Part shown: in pieces, positions 1 to 12,312 of the stretch | Position numbering within the stretch: position 1 is the stretch's first letter | How the letters are laid out: each line of letters starts with the position of its first letter | Source of the DNA: Lama glama | Lineage: Eukaryota | Assembly (NCBI GenBank): GCA_028534125.1 | Contig: CM052818.1 | Location: 41,852,001-41,916,000, forward strand | Direction of reading: 5' to 3' | DNA: 64,000 nucleotides | The notes under the pieces: generated by a model | Told to the model about the DNA's origin: nothing | Seen by the model: the letters and a program-made list of their open reading frames with translations, nothing else | Database searches by the model: none | Translations under genes and position numbers: made by a program

Positions 1-797
1 GTCTTAGGTCTGTATCTTAGCTAACTAGGGGTGGACTGGATCGGAGAAGAGAGTAGGGACAGGGAATTGGGCGAAGCAAAGGAAGGTGGCTTTTTAGAGA
101 TAAGGAGATATTTCTTCCTTGATATAGGATGAGACAGACTGGAATGAGGTAAGAGGACATTTGTGTTGCCTGGAGTCAAATTCACCTGATCTGTATATTC
201 GGGACACTATTACCTACCCGCCAGAATTGCTGTAATTAAACAGGGAATGTATGCCAATGTGTCAGGCACATAGTAGGAACTCAACAGCTATTTATTAAGT
301 TAATAGATCAATGGATGAAAGAAAGAATGGAAGTTGAATGGATGATAGATGAATGGAGGGAGGAAGGTGTAGGGACAAATGAGCAGTGACTGAGTCCATT
401 CTTCAAGATCTTGTTCAGATGCTGCCTCCTCCAAGAAGCTTCCCAGGATCTCCCCGTATACTAATCCCCACCCCACAATGCGATCCCTCTTACTGTTCCC
501 CCGATAATAAAGGGGTTTCTTCCTCTCTTAAGCTAATATGGGGGACAGGCCCTGACCTTTTCAGTGGTCACTTGTGAACAGACATTGGAAATAAGCATAA
601 GGGACGTCTATCCATCGTTCTAGAGAAGTCCTTGGATTCATTTTACGGATATTGTGTTTTGGTTTGGGTGTGGGTTCTAAACTATCACTTCTTCTGGAAA
701 CTTTTTCTGGATTCAGTGTTGAAACTAAGAACTTAGACACAGAAGAAATCATCAGGTCCAATCTCTCTCTTAGTACAAGAAGACACCACCCTGTCCC

Positions 798-849
798 CAC
801 CACACACACACATGCGCGTGCACGCATGCGCGCACACACACACACACCC

Positions 850-887
<38 letters not shown>
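798..887. repeat. Compound (CA)n / (CG,TG) alternating microsatellite
   Basis: CACACACACATGCGCGTGCACGCATGCGCGCACACA... followed by (CA)n. Confidence 0.95.
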
Positions 888-888
<1 letters not shown>

Positions 889-1766
889 CGTTCCCACCAG
901 ATCCCTGCTTCCCAGGCTCTCTGCATCTCAGCTGGATGGTTCTGAATATTACGAAGTTCTGCCCCGGTTGGGACCCTGCCACACAAGTTCAACCTCCCCA
1001 TTAAGCCCAGTTCTTCACATCCACCCTGAGCCTTCTGACCCCAGGGGATCTCTCTTCTGAATTTCCAGACAGTGAAACTCATTTGGACCCTAACAAAAGT
1101 CGCGCTCTGCAAACTGGCTCCCCCTATGCCAGTGTAGCTCCTCCTCTGATCTAGACCTTGGGCTCTCGGAGGGAGGGGCTGTGTCTTGTTCCTCTCTGTT
1201 CCCTGCTGTCCTTGCCCAGGGCCTGGAAAGGAGGAGGTGCTTCTTCATTCTTTGAGCAAACATTTACTGAATTCTTACTGTGTGTCAGTCACCAGGGACA
1301 GAAAGATGAGTAAAGCACTATGATTTTCCTACAGAAGCTCTACTTAGCCCTGAAACGTTTGTTGATGGAGTGATTTTAACTTGAGGTTCATTTAGGCTAG
1401 AAAAATCTGTCAGACTACCTTCCCTGGGGACACTTCCAACTACTTGAAAGGTGACAGACATAGGACCCCCTCCACCTTCGCTGAGCCCCTCAAAGACCGC
1501 AAAAGGGCTTCTGACCGTATGGTATGGCAGTGCCCTGGCGGGTGCCTGGTAGACCAGAAAGTCTTCAGGTGACGTCAGGAGAATGCAGCCACATTTGTGT
1601 TTCACCACGAAGACCATCTGACGTCTCTAGAAGCTCTGCCTCTGGACATGAGGAGAGAAGCTGGAGTTATTGTAATGGAGACACAAGGACCTGAGTTGAA
1701 AGTCTGTGGGCAAATCACTTAATCTCTCTGAGCATCAGTTTCCTGACTTTAAAACAAGGGATGGCA

Positions 1767-1890
1767 GGGAGTGTATAGCTCAGTGGCAGAGTGTTTGCTT
1801 AGCGTGCATGAGATCCTGGGCTCAATCCCCAGTACTCTCATCAAAATAAATAAATAAATCAGTAAATCTAATTACCTCCCCCAGCAGAAA
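1767..1890 (+). mobile_element. tRNA-derived SINE (camelid Vic-1-like)
   Basis: GGGAGTGTATAGCTCAGTGG (A box) ... GGGCTCAATCCCCAGTAC (B box), followed by an (AAAT)n tail. Confidence 0.85.
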
Positions 1891-1940
1891 AGGGGGGGTT
1901 GGATAAAGCATCACCCTCGATAGATCATTGTGAGGATTGA

Positions 1941-2170
1941 GATTAACAGATACAAGGCACTACATACTAAATGGATAAACAACAAGGTATAGCACAAGGA
2001 ACTCTATTCAGTATCTTGTAATAACCTGAAATGGAAAAGAATCTGAAAAAGAATATATGTGTGTGTGTGTGTGTGTGTGTATAACTGAATCACTTTGCTG
2101 TGCACCTAAAACTAACACTGTATTGTAAATTAACTATACTTCAATTTAAAAAATTGTTTAAAAAAAAAAG
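1941..2170 (+). mobile_element. 5'-truncated L1 3' end (artiodactyl type) with internal (TG)n
   Basis: TATAGCACAAGGAACTCTATTCAGTATCTTGTAATAACC...ATAACTGAATCACTTTGCTGT...AACTATACTTCAAT followed by an A tail. Confidence 0.8.
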
Positions 2171-4656
2171 AAGAAGGAACAGTTGAAATTATGGCTCCTG
2201 TCTCTGAGGAAGGCACGGTTGTCTGCAGTGGGCATGGCCTGGGGGACATTCTGAGGCCCAGAGAGGAGGCAGAAGACTGTGCAGAGCCTTGTAAAACCCT
2301 CCAGGGCCACTGCATAGCTTGCCGCTCAGGAAACTCTGGCACATCCATTTCACAGCCCATCCCATTAGCTAGTCTCCCCTCCTCTGCCTGCAAAGCAAGG
2401 GAACCCTTGTTTTACCAGAAAACTGAACTTTGGTTACAAACAATGTGTACGTTGAGAGCACTGGGGTGTTACATGGAAGCAAGAAGGGTTCTGGACACCA
2501 GGGGACAGCTCAGCCGGGCTGCCGTGAAACCCACCGGTCTCTGCTCCCCATGGCGGGGCAGATCGTGTGCCCCAGAGATCCTGATCCATCATTCCTCATT
2601 ATTCCTTTCTTCGGAGGAAGTCCAGAGGGCAGAGCGACAGTGCAGACACTTCCACAGCAAGAGTGATGGGGCACCCACAGAAAGAAAGAAAGGATGACAT
2701 TGGGCAACACGATTCCTGACTAGGTATCATTTTTTGACAAACAGAAAACAGCATGGTGTGTGCGTGTGTGTGTGCACATGCACGGGTGCATCTGCAGAGA
2801 AGGAGAGAATGGGACTGGGAACCAGAAGACCAGTTACGAGTTCACCTCTGCCAGGAACCAGCCAGGCTGGGACAAGTCCTCCGGGCCACATCTGAAGATA
2901 CAAGAGGGTGGACCAGACGCTTGCTGTGCATCCATGGCTGACCATGCACTGAATTAGACAGATGTGTGGATGTGAACATATTCATCAATGCAGACATATA
3001 CACGTGCTTCAGCATCCCGGAGGGTCACCCTCGCCACCCAGTCTCTGAGCTCCTCTCCCGCATGGTAGAGCCATGAGTTTTCCTGGCATTCCCTCCGAGA
3101 GAGAGTTTGCCATAACTGCCACCCATGTCAGGTTGACTTTTGAAAAACCAAATGGGAAGGAAGCAGGGGGTTTGGAAGGGAAGGAGAAAAGGAAGCCATC
3201 TCAGAGCACACTCGAGGCCTCAAGTCCTGGACGCTGAAGTTTCACACGTGACTTCATTCAATCCGAACCACAGTCCAGAAAGATAGCGGGGCACTATTTT
3301 CATTCTTTTTGTAGATAAAGTAATCGAGGTTCAAATATGATTTTCCTGAGGTCCCACAGCTGGGACGCGGTAAAATCAGAATTCAGTCCTAGGTCCCGCT
3401 GGATCTGAAGCCTATGCCCTCTCCCAGATGCAGTGCCGCATCCAGAAGGCTGTTCCAATAGCGCTCATACCCAGGGAACCCCTTAGAGGGTGAGGCCCGC
3501 CCTTCGAGCCAGAAACATCCTTCCACCCCGGTCACAAATCAAGTCCACCAATAGGAACACGGTCCCTATTCACGTGTCACACCCCAGGGAAGGGAACAGT
3601 CTTTCCAAAGCAAAGACTAAGTTCTCAAAACACATAACTGAAGCCCCTTTCCCACCTCCCTAGATAACCCAGCTGAACAAGCAGGTGATGGAGAAGTGGG
3701 CCAGGACCACCAGGACAGGAGAGAGGAATTTGGAAACAAACAAGCAAGAGCATGCAGGAGGTCCTGGAGACCAAAGTGTACTGACTTCATACCTTTTGGA
3801 GAGCCCGAGAGGTAAGCTGAAAGCTGTCCAAGGTACCATCACGCCACTGACTACCTGGGTGGTTGCAACACTAGTTCTTTCACTCTTCTTGTCCCCGGTT
3901 TCCCAACAAGTTCAGTGAATCCTTACTGACCAAACACCCTGTTATCTGATGCAGGGTGATCAGTGCAGGGATGAAGTATTAAAGAAGGGCTATGCCCTCC
4001 GGAGTCTTGCAGTCTGATTGATGGACAAGACAGAGGCATAGACAGTGCCAGTTCATCCTAATGATTCTAGGTAGCCTTTGAGTCAGGAGGTCCCTGGGCA
4101 ATCAGCTGCACCCAAGGGCAGTCAGCTTCTCATAATCTGGATCCAGAATGATGGAAGGTGGCGTTCTAGAGCCGAAATAGAAAAGTCAGGGAGAGCCGAG
4201 GGAATTTCTGACTCGCAAAGCGAACAGCAAATTGTGATGTTCCAGAGACGCTGTCTCCTCTCCTTCTATAGGAACAGTCCACCCTGGCCGGCTGGCCTTC
4301 CGGGATGCTGGGTCTCGGACTGCCTGCCCTCTGTCACCTGCTGTGGACGCACCTCTCCCTGGCCTCCCACCATCCTCACCCACAGAGAGGGGCACCCTCG
4401 TAAATGGATGCTCTCCCTTCTGACTCCACCCTGAGCCACACTTTGACTCACACCCCACATCTCATCCTGCTCTGGACTCCCCCAGCCCCCAATATCACTA
4501 GGTTTTGACTCCAACATCACCCATCCCCCAGGGTACGTTGCAGCAGCATTTGGCACCTTGATCTTCACCATTCTGACTCCCTTCCCAGCTTCACTCAGCC
4601 TTGTCCCCAAACCCTCCTATCCTAAGACTGCCATCTCAGGCTTCCTGCCTCTTAGA

Positions 4657-4872
4657 CAACAGTAGCAGACATTTATAGAACAATTAGCTCTGCCCAGCAC
4701 TGTTTTAATGATGTTGCAAGTATTCATTTCGACTTCACAACAACCCTAAAAGAAAGATGCTCTAATTATCCACATTTTACAGATGAGAGACTGAGGCACA
4801 GAAAAGTCACTCGCCCAACATGACACAGCTAGTAAGGGGCGGCTGGAGATTCAACCCAGGCAGTTGGCTTCA
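4657..4872 (-). mobile_element. MIR SINE (representative; other copies near 9110-9310, 13640-13800, 23345-23560, 31855-32070)
   Basis: Core CATTTTACAGATGAGAGACTGAGGCACAGA...ACACAGCTAGTAAG...GATTCAACCCAGG. Confidence 0.8.
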
Positions 4873-5567
4873 TTGGCCAGGGCCCTCAGTCGCTTCTCAA
4901 AACCTAGGCTCTTCCCACCTCAGCACCACCCCTGGCCAGCCAGTCACACCCACACATGACCCACACTTGCTCACACCTCATGAACACATCCACACAAAAT
5001 GCAACATCCATCTACACTCATACACACAGCACATACTCACAAGCAAAATAAAACACACACACTCATTCCCTGTCACCCTCACATGTGCACACACTCAGGT
5101 GAAACAGACACACTCACATGCACCTAGAGCACCTACATCCTACCTGCGACCCCTCCGAGTCCTTCCACTTCCGGGACGCTCAGTCTCTTCACCTCCTCCA
5201 AGGAGCCTTGGCCAGTCTCCCTCCCTCTGCAACTTCTTCAGCACTTTTTTTTTACTCTTGTGCCTCTGACACGTAAGCCCTAAGATGTCACCCACAACTG
5301 TGTTCTTGGCTTCTGGCGGGAGGCATCATTTACTCATCTCGGGATCAACTCAGTGCCAAAATGTCTGTTTTGCAAGTTCCACTCCAGCCCAGGTGTTGAA
5401 AGTGTAAGGAAATGAAGCGATGACGGTCTTTATCTCTGAGCACTCAGCTTTCCTCCCCACCCCGACTGGCTCCCACAACGAAAACAACCAAAGGATTTCG
5501 TCGCTGCCTTTTATTCAATTCCTGGAAAGGTTGTGTTCTGCAGACACATTATCGGTTTTCTATAAAC

Positions 5568-6185
5568 AGTTGACCCATCACCTTTCGGGATGTCGTATTT
5601 ATAAACGCACCTACTAGAGAACATTGATTTGTAACCCCAAGTCAATCCTCACGCTGCCTTTACGGCCATTGCTGAACACGGGCAGAGCGGTAAGAAATAT
5701 GAATCATCCGATGTACCTGGTCCCAGCTGAGGTTGAGCAAGATGATGCTACTGTAAACAGGGGTCCTTTTCTTGTTCTATCCAGTGCCGTGTTTTTCGCA
5801 CTTTTGTGCTTTTGTGGGGGGTAGTGGTGGTGATTTTGTTGTTTAAAATGGCCCCCAAGTGTAGTGCTGAAGTGCCGTCTAGTGTCCCTAAGAGTGAGAG
5901 GCATTACATAACCTTCGTTCAGGCATGACATACAGAGCCGCTGGTCATGCATTCAATGTTAATGAATCCACAATCTATAATCAATAAGGTATCTTTAAAC
6001 AGAAACACAGATGAAACAAGGTTATGTATCGACTAGTTGAGAAAAATATCATGACCAGAAGCTCACAGGAACCTAACCCTGTGTGTCCCCTGGGAGCAAT
6101 GGCTCAATATTCACTGATATTCAGTATTCACTGATTCACTGTTTGCAGAGACTTCATAGAACACAACTTTCACAAATAACTTATG
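5568..6185 (+). mobile_element. TcMar-Tigger non-autonomous DNA transposon (MER82-like)
   Basis: Starts CAGTTGACCC and contains TTTAAAATGGCCCCCAAGTGTAGTGCTGAAGTG and CAGGAACCTAACCCTGT, matching the recalled consensus. Confidence 0.7.
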
Positions 6186-7924
6186 TATAGATCATGTATG
6201 GATATGATGTATGGATATATATGTGAGCGTATATATGTAGGGAGGTATATAAATGGAATATATTTTTTCCCTTCCTATCAGTAATAAGCATCATGTTAAA
6301 TCGTTTAGAAACATTAAGAGAACCAGCTTAGCTTTTCTTTGTGAGTTATCAGTAAGAAAATGGTGACTACGTCCAAAGAACGCGTCCCCTAATTTTTGAG
6401 TTTTACAGTCTCCTTTGAAGTTGGCCAGCACTGAGCCAGCTTCAAAGCAAAGAAAGCCTGAACCTGCCCTCCTGAATCTGACACCCCTTGTGCGGGAGAC
6501 TCCGGGACAGGGCAGCAGAGTGCTCGCGTGGTCTGCCCAGGGCTGCCAGCTCCGAACAGGAGGAATCGGCTTCCTTCCTTAGAAAACGCCTCAGGTACCA
6601 ACTGATGTCATTGCTAGGGAACATCCTTAGTCAGGGGATGGCAGAAAACTTCCCCGGAGAAGCCTGCCGCAGCCACCCGACTCTCCTCCCAGCAGGACTC
6701 CAGTCTCCACCATTCTGAAAACATGAGTTTGAAGTTAGAAAAAATTATAGTCAAAGCGATTTTCTGGCTTTCCCAAATAATCCTCTGTTGATGAGCAGGC
6801 TCTCTGCTGGCGTCCTCTCACTGACAGCTCACCTGCATCCCTGGGGCCACAGTTTCACCCCCTTCCTGCCTCAGCAGTTCTCAGCCCACAAAGACAACGC
6901 GTGGCTCCCCTTCTGAATGACACCCATTCACGTTCCCCAACACTGTGATTAGACCCCACCTTGGGCGGCCTTCTTTGGTTAAATGATCCTCATTGATAGA
7001 ACTTTTCCTCCTCTGACCTATATCGCTGCCCTTCTATCAATTTCCTGGCTCCTTTTTGAACTCCAGATGAAGAATGTGAAAAATGCTTCCCCTCGGCTAG
7101 GGGCTTCGAACATCTCTCTCTTTCAGTTTCATCCTGGGAAGTCAGGCATATGCCAGACCCTCTTTTTAGAAAAGAAACCATCGCCCAGTTTATTTTCTTA
7201 ATTTGGCTGCACCACGCTTAATTCACGGTATGTTCTAAAGCTTGGCAGAAGCTCTGCAGATGATGTTAAGCATCTCTGAAAGTTATATTAGGATAATATA
7301 TTCAATTCTAGAAGCCCCAGGTAAAGAGAGTGCTAACGATTATCCACATTATACCTATTTTTGAGACACAGGCACTCAGAAACTGTCACAATAAAGGGGG
7401 GACTAAGCTATTTTCTATTCCTAATTAATGTATTAAATACTGTCTTTCCCCGTCTCCATCTTTCCCCTCCACTTCCAAGACACATGTGTGTGTGTCGAGT
7501 TGTCTTCGATTAATTCACGGCACTTTGAGGCATCAGTCTGAGTTCTTCTTCCAGGTGTAATTTACTGTAATCTCCTTGGAAAATGAAAGCCGTTTTCCTG
7601 AAGCCAGAGAGTAGGCAGACACTCATTTGCATCGCACATTCTAAGCCCTAAATTACTCTCTGGTTCCCCAGAGGTCAAGCTCGAGCAGGGGTTGTCACTG
7701 CTTCTGTTTGGTGCCGGCTCCCTCAGCACACTGGTGACTGCCAGCAGCGCAGTGGGTACTAGCTTTCTTTCCAGGACCCGGGATTCTTGAAAATGTCCGT
7801 GGTTTGGCCACATTCGGACAAATAAAAATCAACAACATAGTCACTGAATGTGTAATATCCTTGAGATGGACCACAGTATCCCAAAGTAACCAAAATCTGG
7901 CACGGGGTGGGGGGGGGTGGGGGA

Positions 7925-8130
7925 AATAGTTGAAGATCTGGGCTGTTTTGCCTGGAGAAGGGAACATTCAGGGCGGCCTGAAAACTGCCTTCACATGCCT
8001 GGGGGCTGTCACGTGGAAGAGAGATTAGTCTTAGGCTGTGTGGTCTCCAGGGAAAAGACAAAAAGCCGTGAGTGAAAGCAGAGAGAAAAAGACTTCAGCA
8101 CAACACAGCACAGACCGTCCAAAGTGGATG
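7925..8130 (+). mobile_element. Ancient CR1/L3 LINE fragment
   Basis: CTGGGCTGTTTTGCCTGGAGAAG...GCCTTCACATGCCTGGGGGCTGTCACGTGGAAGA resembles the L3 3' region. Confidence 0.55.
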
Positions 8131-8539
8131 GCAAACGCACATGTAGCTACCACTTGCTGAAGTCCCACTATGTGCCGGGTGTTTTAGTGGTCACTTGGCA
8201 TATTATTTCCCTTAATCATCCCTTAATTCAGCAAGGCAATGGTGCTGATGCACATTTCCCAGCTCCAGAAATGAAACTCCCAGTGGTATGAGGTCCTGCG
8301 TACCCAAAGAAGGAAGGTCAAGATTGAAGCCCAGACCCATCTGACTCCAAAGCTCTGTGTTGGAGAAGTTGCTTCAGCAGGTCACATGGCCCCACCTTAA
8401 AAGGCATGCAAGAAATTCATGGCAATGCTGAGCTGGGATCCAGCTAGGATGGGTGTGAGAACCCATCTCTTTGAGGAACATTTTCTGTCCCGTGTCTACC
8501 ACTCAGATGCTACTAACTGCAAATCAAGAAAGAAAGTAC

Positions 8540-8792
<253 letters not shown>

Positions 8793-9969
8793 TACATGGT
8801 GCCTTTTTTTCTTTGTATTGAAATCATAATGATAGCAATCATGCCCGAGAGGTCTGTGTGTCTGCAGTGTGCCGGACAGTGTGGTAGACATATAACAACG
8901 CTGCTCCCATTCCTCAGTCCTCACACGACCACACCACGTGGTTCAAATAAATACACTTGACTCAGAGAGGCCAAGTGACTTGGCAAAGCCACACAGCACT
9001 GGTAGAAGAGCTCCAAGTCCATCAGGATTCTGAGAAAAGACCTGCATCTCTGAGCAGAAGTGAATGTTTACACCAGGAGAGGCAGAAGAGTGTTCTAAAT
9101 AAGGGGTCAGACTCCAGAGCAAGACCAATGTTCCAATTTCAGCCTTACCATTCCCTGCTATGTGACCTTCTGAAAGTTACTTGACCTCTCTATGCCTCAG
9201 CTTCCTCATGAGTGAGGTGGAGATGGTTGTAAGGATGAACTGAGCTAAAGAATTTAGATCTCTGACTGATCTTGGACTGACGGTGAGTACTATGTAAGTG
9301 TTGGGTTTTACCTGCATGGATAAAACTGCTCGGAAGTAACAATGGAGACTGTGGTGAGAGGTGCTCCCTGACTTCCCAGTTTGTTCACCAGGGCTGGCTG
9401 ATCATCAGCTGTAACATCTCTGCTGGAGATGGAAGCAAAAGGCTGCTCTGCAGACGTGGGGTGCTCTCCTCAGCAAAAGCATTCCCTGCGAACTTGCTTC
9501 TGCTGGAACTTCTCGGGGCTTACCTGCCCTTCCAACACGTATGTTTTCACAAGCAGCTGGTAGGTCCCTGCTGAATCACTCACTGAAACAAAGAGGCAGG
9601 CTGGGCTTCCTCAGATAAAGGGGCCCTGTAGGGTATGAACGCAGGCAAGGCTTCACCTCCATAGTGCCGAGCGGGAGGGGCAGATCGGCCTCCCAGTTCA
9701 GGAGAGAGATCATCACAGCAGAAAGAACAGGATGAGTTAAAAAGAGAAGACGTCATTCACTAAAAATACTAAGCAAGCACTGACCGTCTATCAATATTTG
9801 CTCAGTCCTGAGTATTCCTTGCATTTGGGTGGGATAAAGGGCAAGATTCCGGAAGAAGGTTCGAGCATAGAATCAGAATGGCAGGGTTGAAAGGAGGGAG
9901 CAAACGCTGGTGGAGCCCTGCTCTGTGCTGGGCAGTCAGCAAGCGTCATCCTCTTCAGCCTCCTAAGGC

Positions 9970-10062
9970 TGATGATGCAGACCAATCAGATCAGACTGCA
10001 ATGGTGATGAGGACCAATCAGATGAGACCATGACGGTGATGAGGACCAATCAGATGAGACCA
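9970..10062 (+). repeat. 32-bp tandem repeat, about 3 copies, each with GACCAATCAGAT
   Basis: CCAAT starts at 9982, 10014 and 10046. Confidence 0.9.
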
Positions 10063-12137
10063 CCAGAGTCCCACTCTCTGCATTACACAGATTCTAGCTG
10101 GGGTACCAATGCTTGTGTCTGTTCAGCTTCAAATCCCACCCTTATCTCACCCACTCCATGGCACACACCCAAGACTTCTTTTAAACAAAGATCCTTTTGG
10201 GGAGCCACCAAAGGCTATTTTTTACTCATAATGAGCTTCCAATCACCTAAAGGCCTGCACACTTTTCACACGTGCTGCTGTGGGGCCAGGAGCATGGATG
10301 TGCCAGGGTCAGCACCCTCAGAGAGCTGACTGACTTCAGGAGTGGGCTGAGGTCCACTGGCTTGGAGACAAGGAGAGCCGAGGCCCCACCTCCTGTGTCC
10401 CCGGGGCTCCAGCTGACTATCCAAGGCCAGCAGCCACTTCAGCTGGGCCCACGGCTGCAAACAGCTGTGAGGAGGAAAGGCAGCTCCCCAAGTCCTATCC
10501 TGAGGAGAATAAAGCAAGGCCTATACAGTAATCCACCGCCCCGCAGAAACCAATCATTTCTCCTCATTACCGAGCAAAGAAATGCCTCTCAGGGCTCCTT
10601 TTCCTCCTCACAAACAAAATAAAACAAATCCTTCCTATGGATTTCATTTGCCATTTAATGCAACCTAATAATTTCCAATTGAAACCATATTTGTATTTGT
10701 ATTGACTTATTAATAGCACATCCATTTTCCACGCAATAAAGCCTGAATATGAACTGATGACTTTGACCGAAATGCATTAGGTAGCATTAAAGATTAAATA
10801 AACACGGTTTCTATGAATAATGTTTAACGTCTTCTATTTGCCAGTCTATTGAAAATGGATCTCTGGGTATTTCAAGCTGGGGTTCCAAGGAGTGCATTTT
10901 GAACATATTATGAGTAATGACTCTGCATTAGGACAAGGAATAGTTTCCAGGCGACTGCTAGAGCTTGTTAGAACTCCAGTGTTTTCTGGTTCATTTGCAC
11001 AAATCGTCCCATTGTTGACAGCAAAAGCAAAGCACCATGAGGACCAAACTGAATCCTATGCCTAATTCCAGAAAGCTGCTTAGGAGTGACTTAAAAGAGA
11101 ACTAAGAAAACAATTCCTTTTTCTCCCCTCTGAGCACACTGGTCATATCTGTCCACTTTAATAATCACTGATCTTTGCTGTTTCTCCTTACACTGTGGAG
11201 GGCTGAATTTTACACTGGAGCTCAGAAATGGACTCCCTGCTGTGTCCGCCAAGAGAGAAGGAGAGGTCTTGGGTGGACATGGCCCTGGTCACTCCTCTCT
11301 GGGTCCCAACTCCTTATCTAGAGAAGGAAACAATTGGGTCAGATGGCCTGCGGGCCCCAAATGCTCTGGTATATCCTGGCTCTGTGATTTCACTGCATTT
11401 AAATGTTCTCTTTGACTTTGCATCCCAAGGGTCTGGGACAGGGTCTGACAGTCAAGGTCTGCAGAAAAGGAAGGCCAGACTTTCAGATACTTGGGCCACA
11501 TTCAGAAGTCAGATTTTCCTGGTAAATATGCCTTCCACAGGCCAATAATTATAACAATATAACTATAGCTAATATAACTACTACTACGTAGGTGATATCT
11601 AGCTATGTAGCACCTCCTGTGGGTGGGCAGGAATCCAGGTAGATTATATACGTGACCTCCAATTGTCTCAATAATCTGCTAAAGAAGTTACCGCCGCTGC
11701 ATACACTGGATGGCTTCCTTCATATGTAGTAACTGTCATTATCCCCAAGATTATTATTAGGTGGCACAATGTTTTCACATGACTCTCTTTTTGATTCTGA
11801 CTTTGAAGCTGATAGACGGGAAGGTCCCTGTGCTCATTTTACAGATGTGAAGGTGGAGCCCAGACAAGCCAAGGGACTGATGGGTTCCCCTCCCCAGTCC
11901 CTTCTTTGTCTTTCTCACCTGGCCTCTCTCCTTCTCTTCCTTCCTTGCCCCCAGGTTCTTTGTCTCCCTGCCTCCCTCCTACATTTTCCCAGCAACCCTC
12001 TCCATCCCACCCGCAATCTCTTCCACTTCCTCTCACTTCTTTCCTCCTGCTTCTGTGACAGTGAGAAGGGGGCTTCATAAGCTCGCAGGTGATGGGAAAG
12101 ACAGGCCTTAAAACCTTTCATTTTAAAACCATGGGAT

Positions 12138-12312
12138 GGGGGGAGGGTATAGCTCAAGGGTAGAGTACGTGTTTAGCCTGCACAAGGTCCTGGGTTTGAT
12201 CCTCAGTACCTCCATTAATAAACAAACAAACAAACAAACAAACGAAATAAACTAAACATTACCTCTCCTTCCCAAAAAGCTTGAAAATAATAAAATAAAA
12301 ATTTTTTTAAAA
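12138..12312 (+). mobile_element. tRNA-derived SINE (Vic-1-like)
   Basis: GGGGAGGGTATAGCTCAAGGGTAGAG...GGGTTTGATCCTCAGTACC with (AAAC)n and A-rich tail; same family as the copies at 1767 and 29596. Confidence 0.85.

Noticed and set aside
561..1112. ORFs with CV or HT runs (also 18754-19252) and FFLS runs (8496-8924)
   Set aside because: Translations of microsatellites.
9970..10062. CRISPR-like periodic repeats (also 28251-28328)
   Set aside because: Mammalian DNA, tandem units with no unique spacers, and no cas genes.
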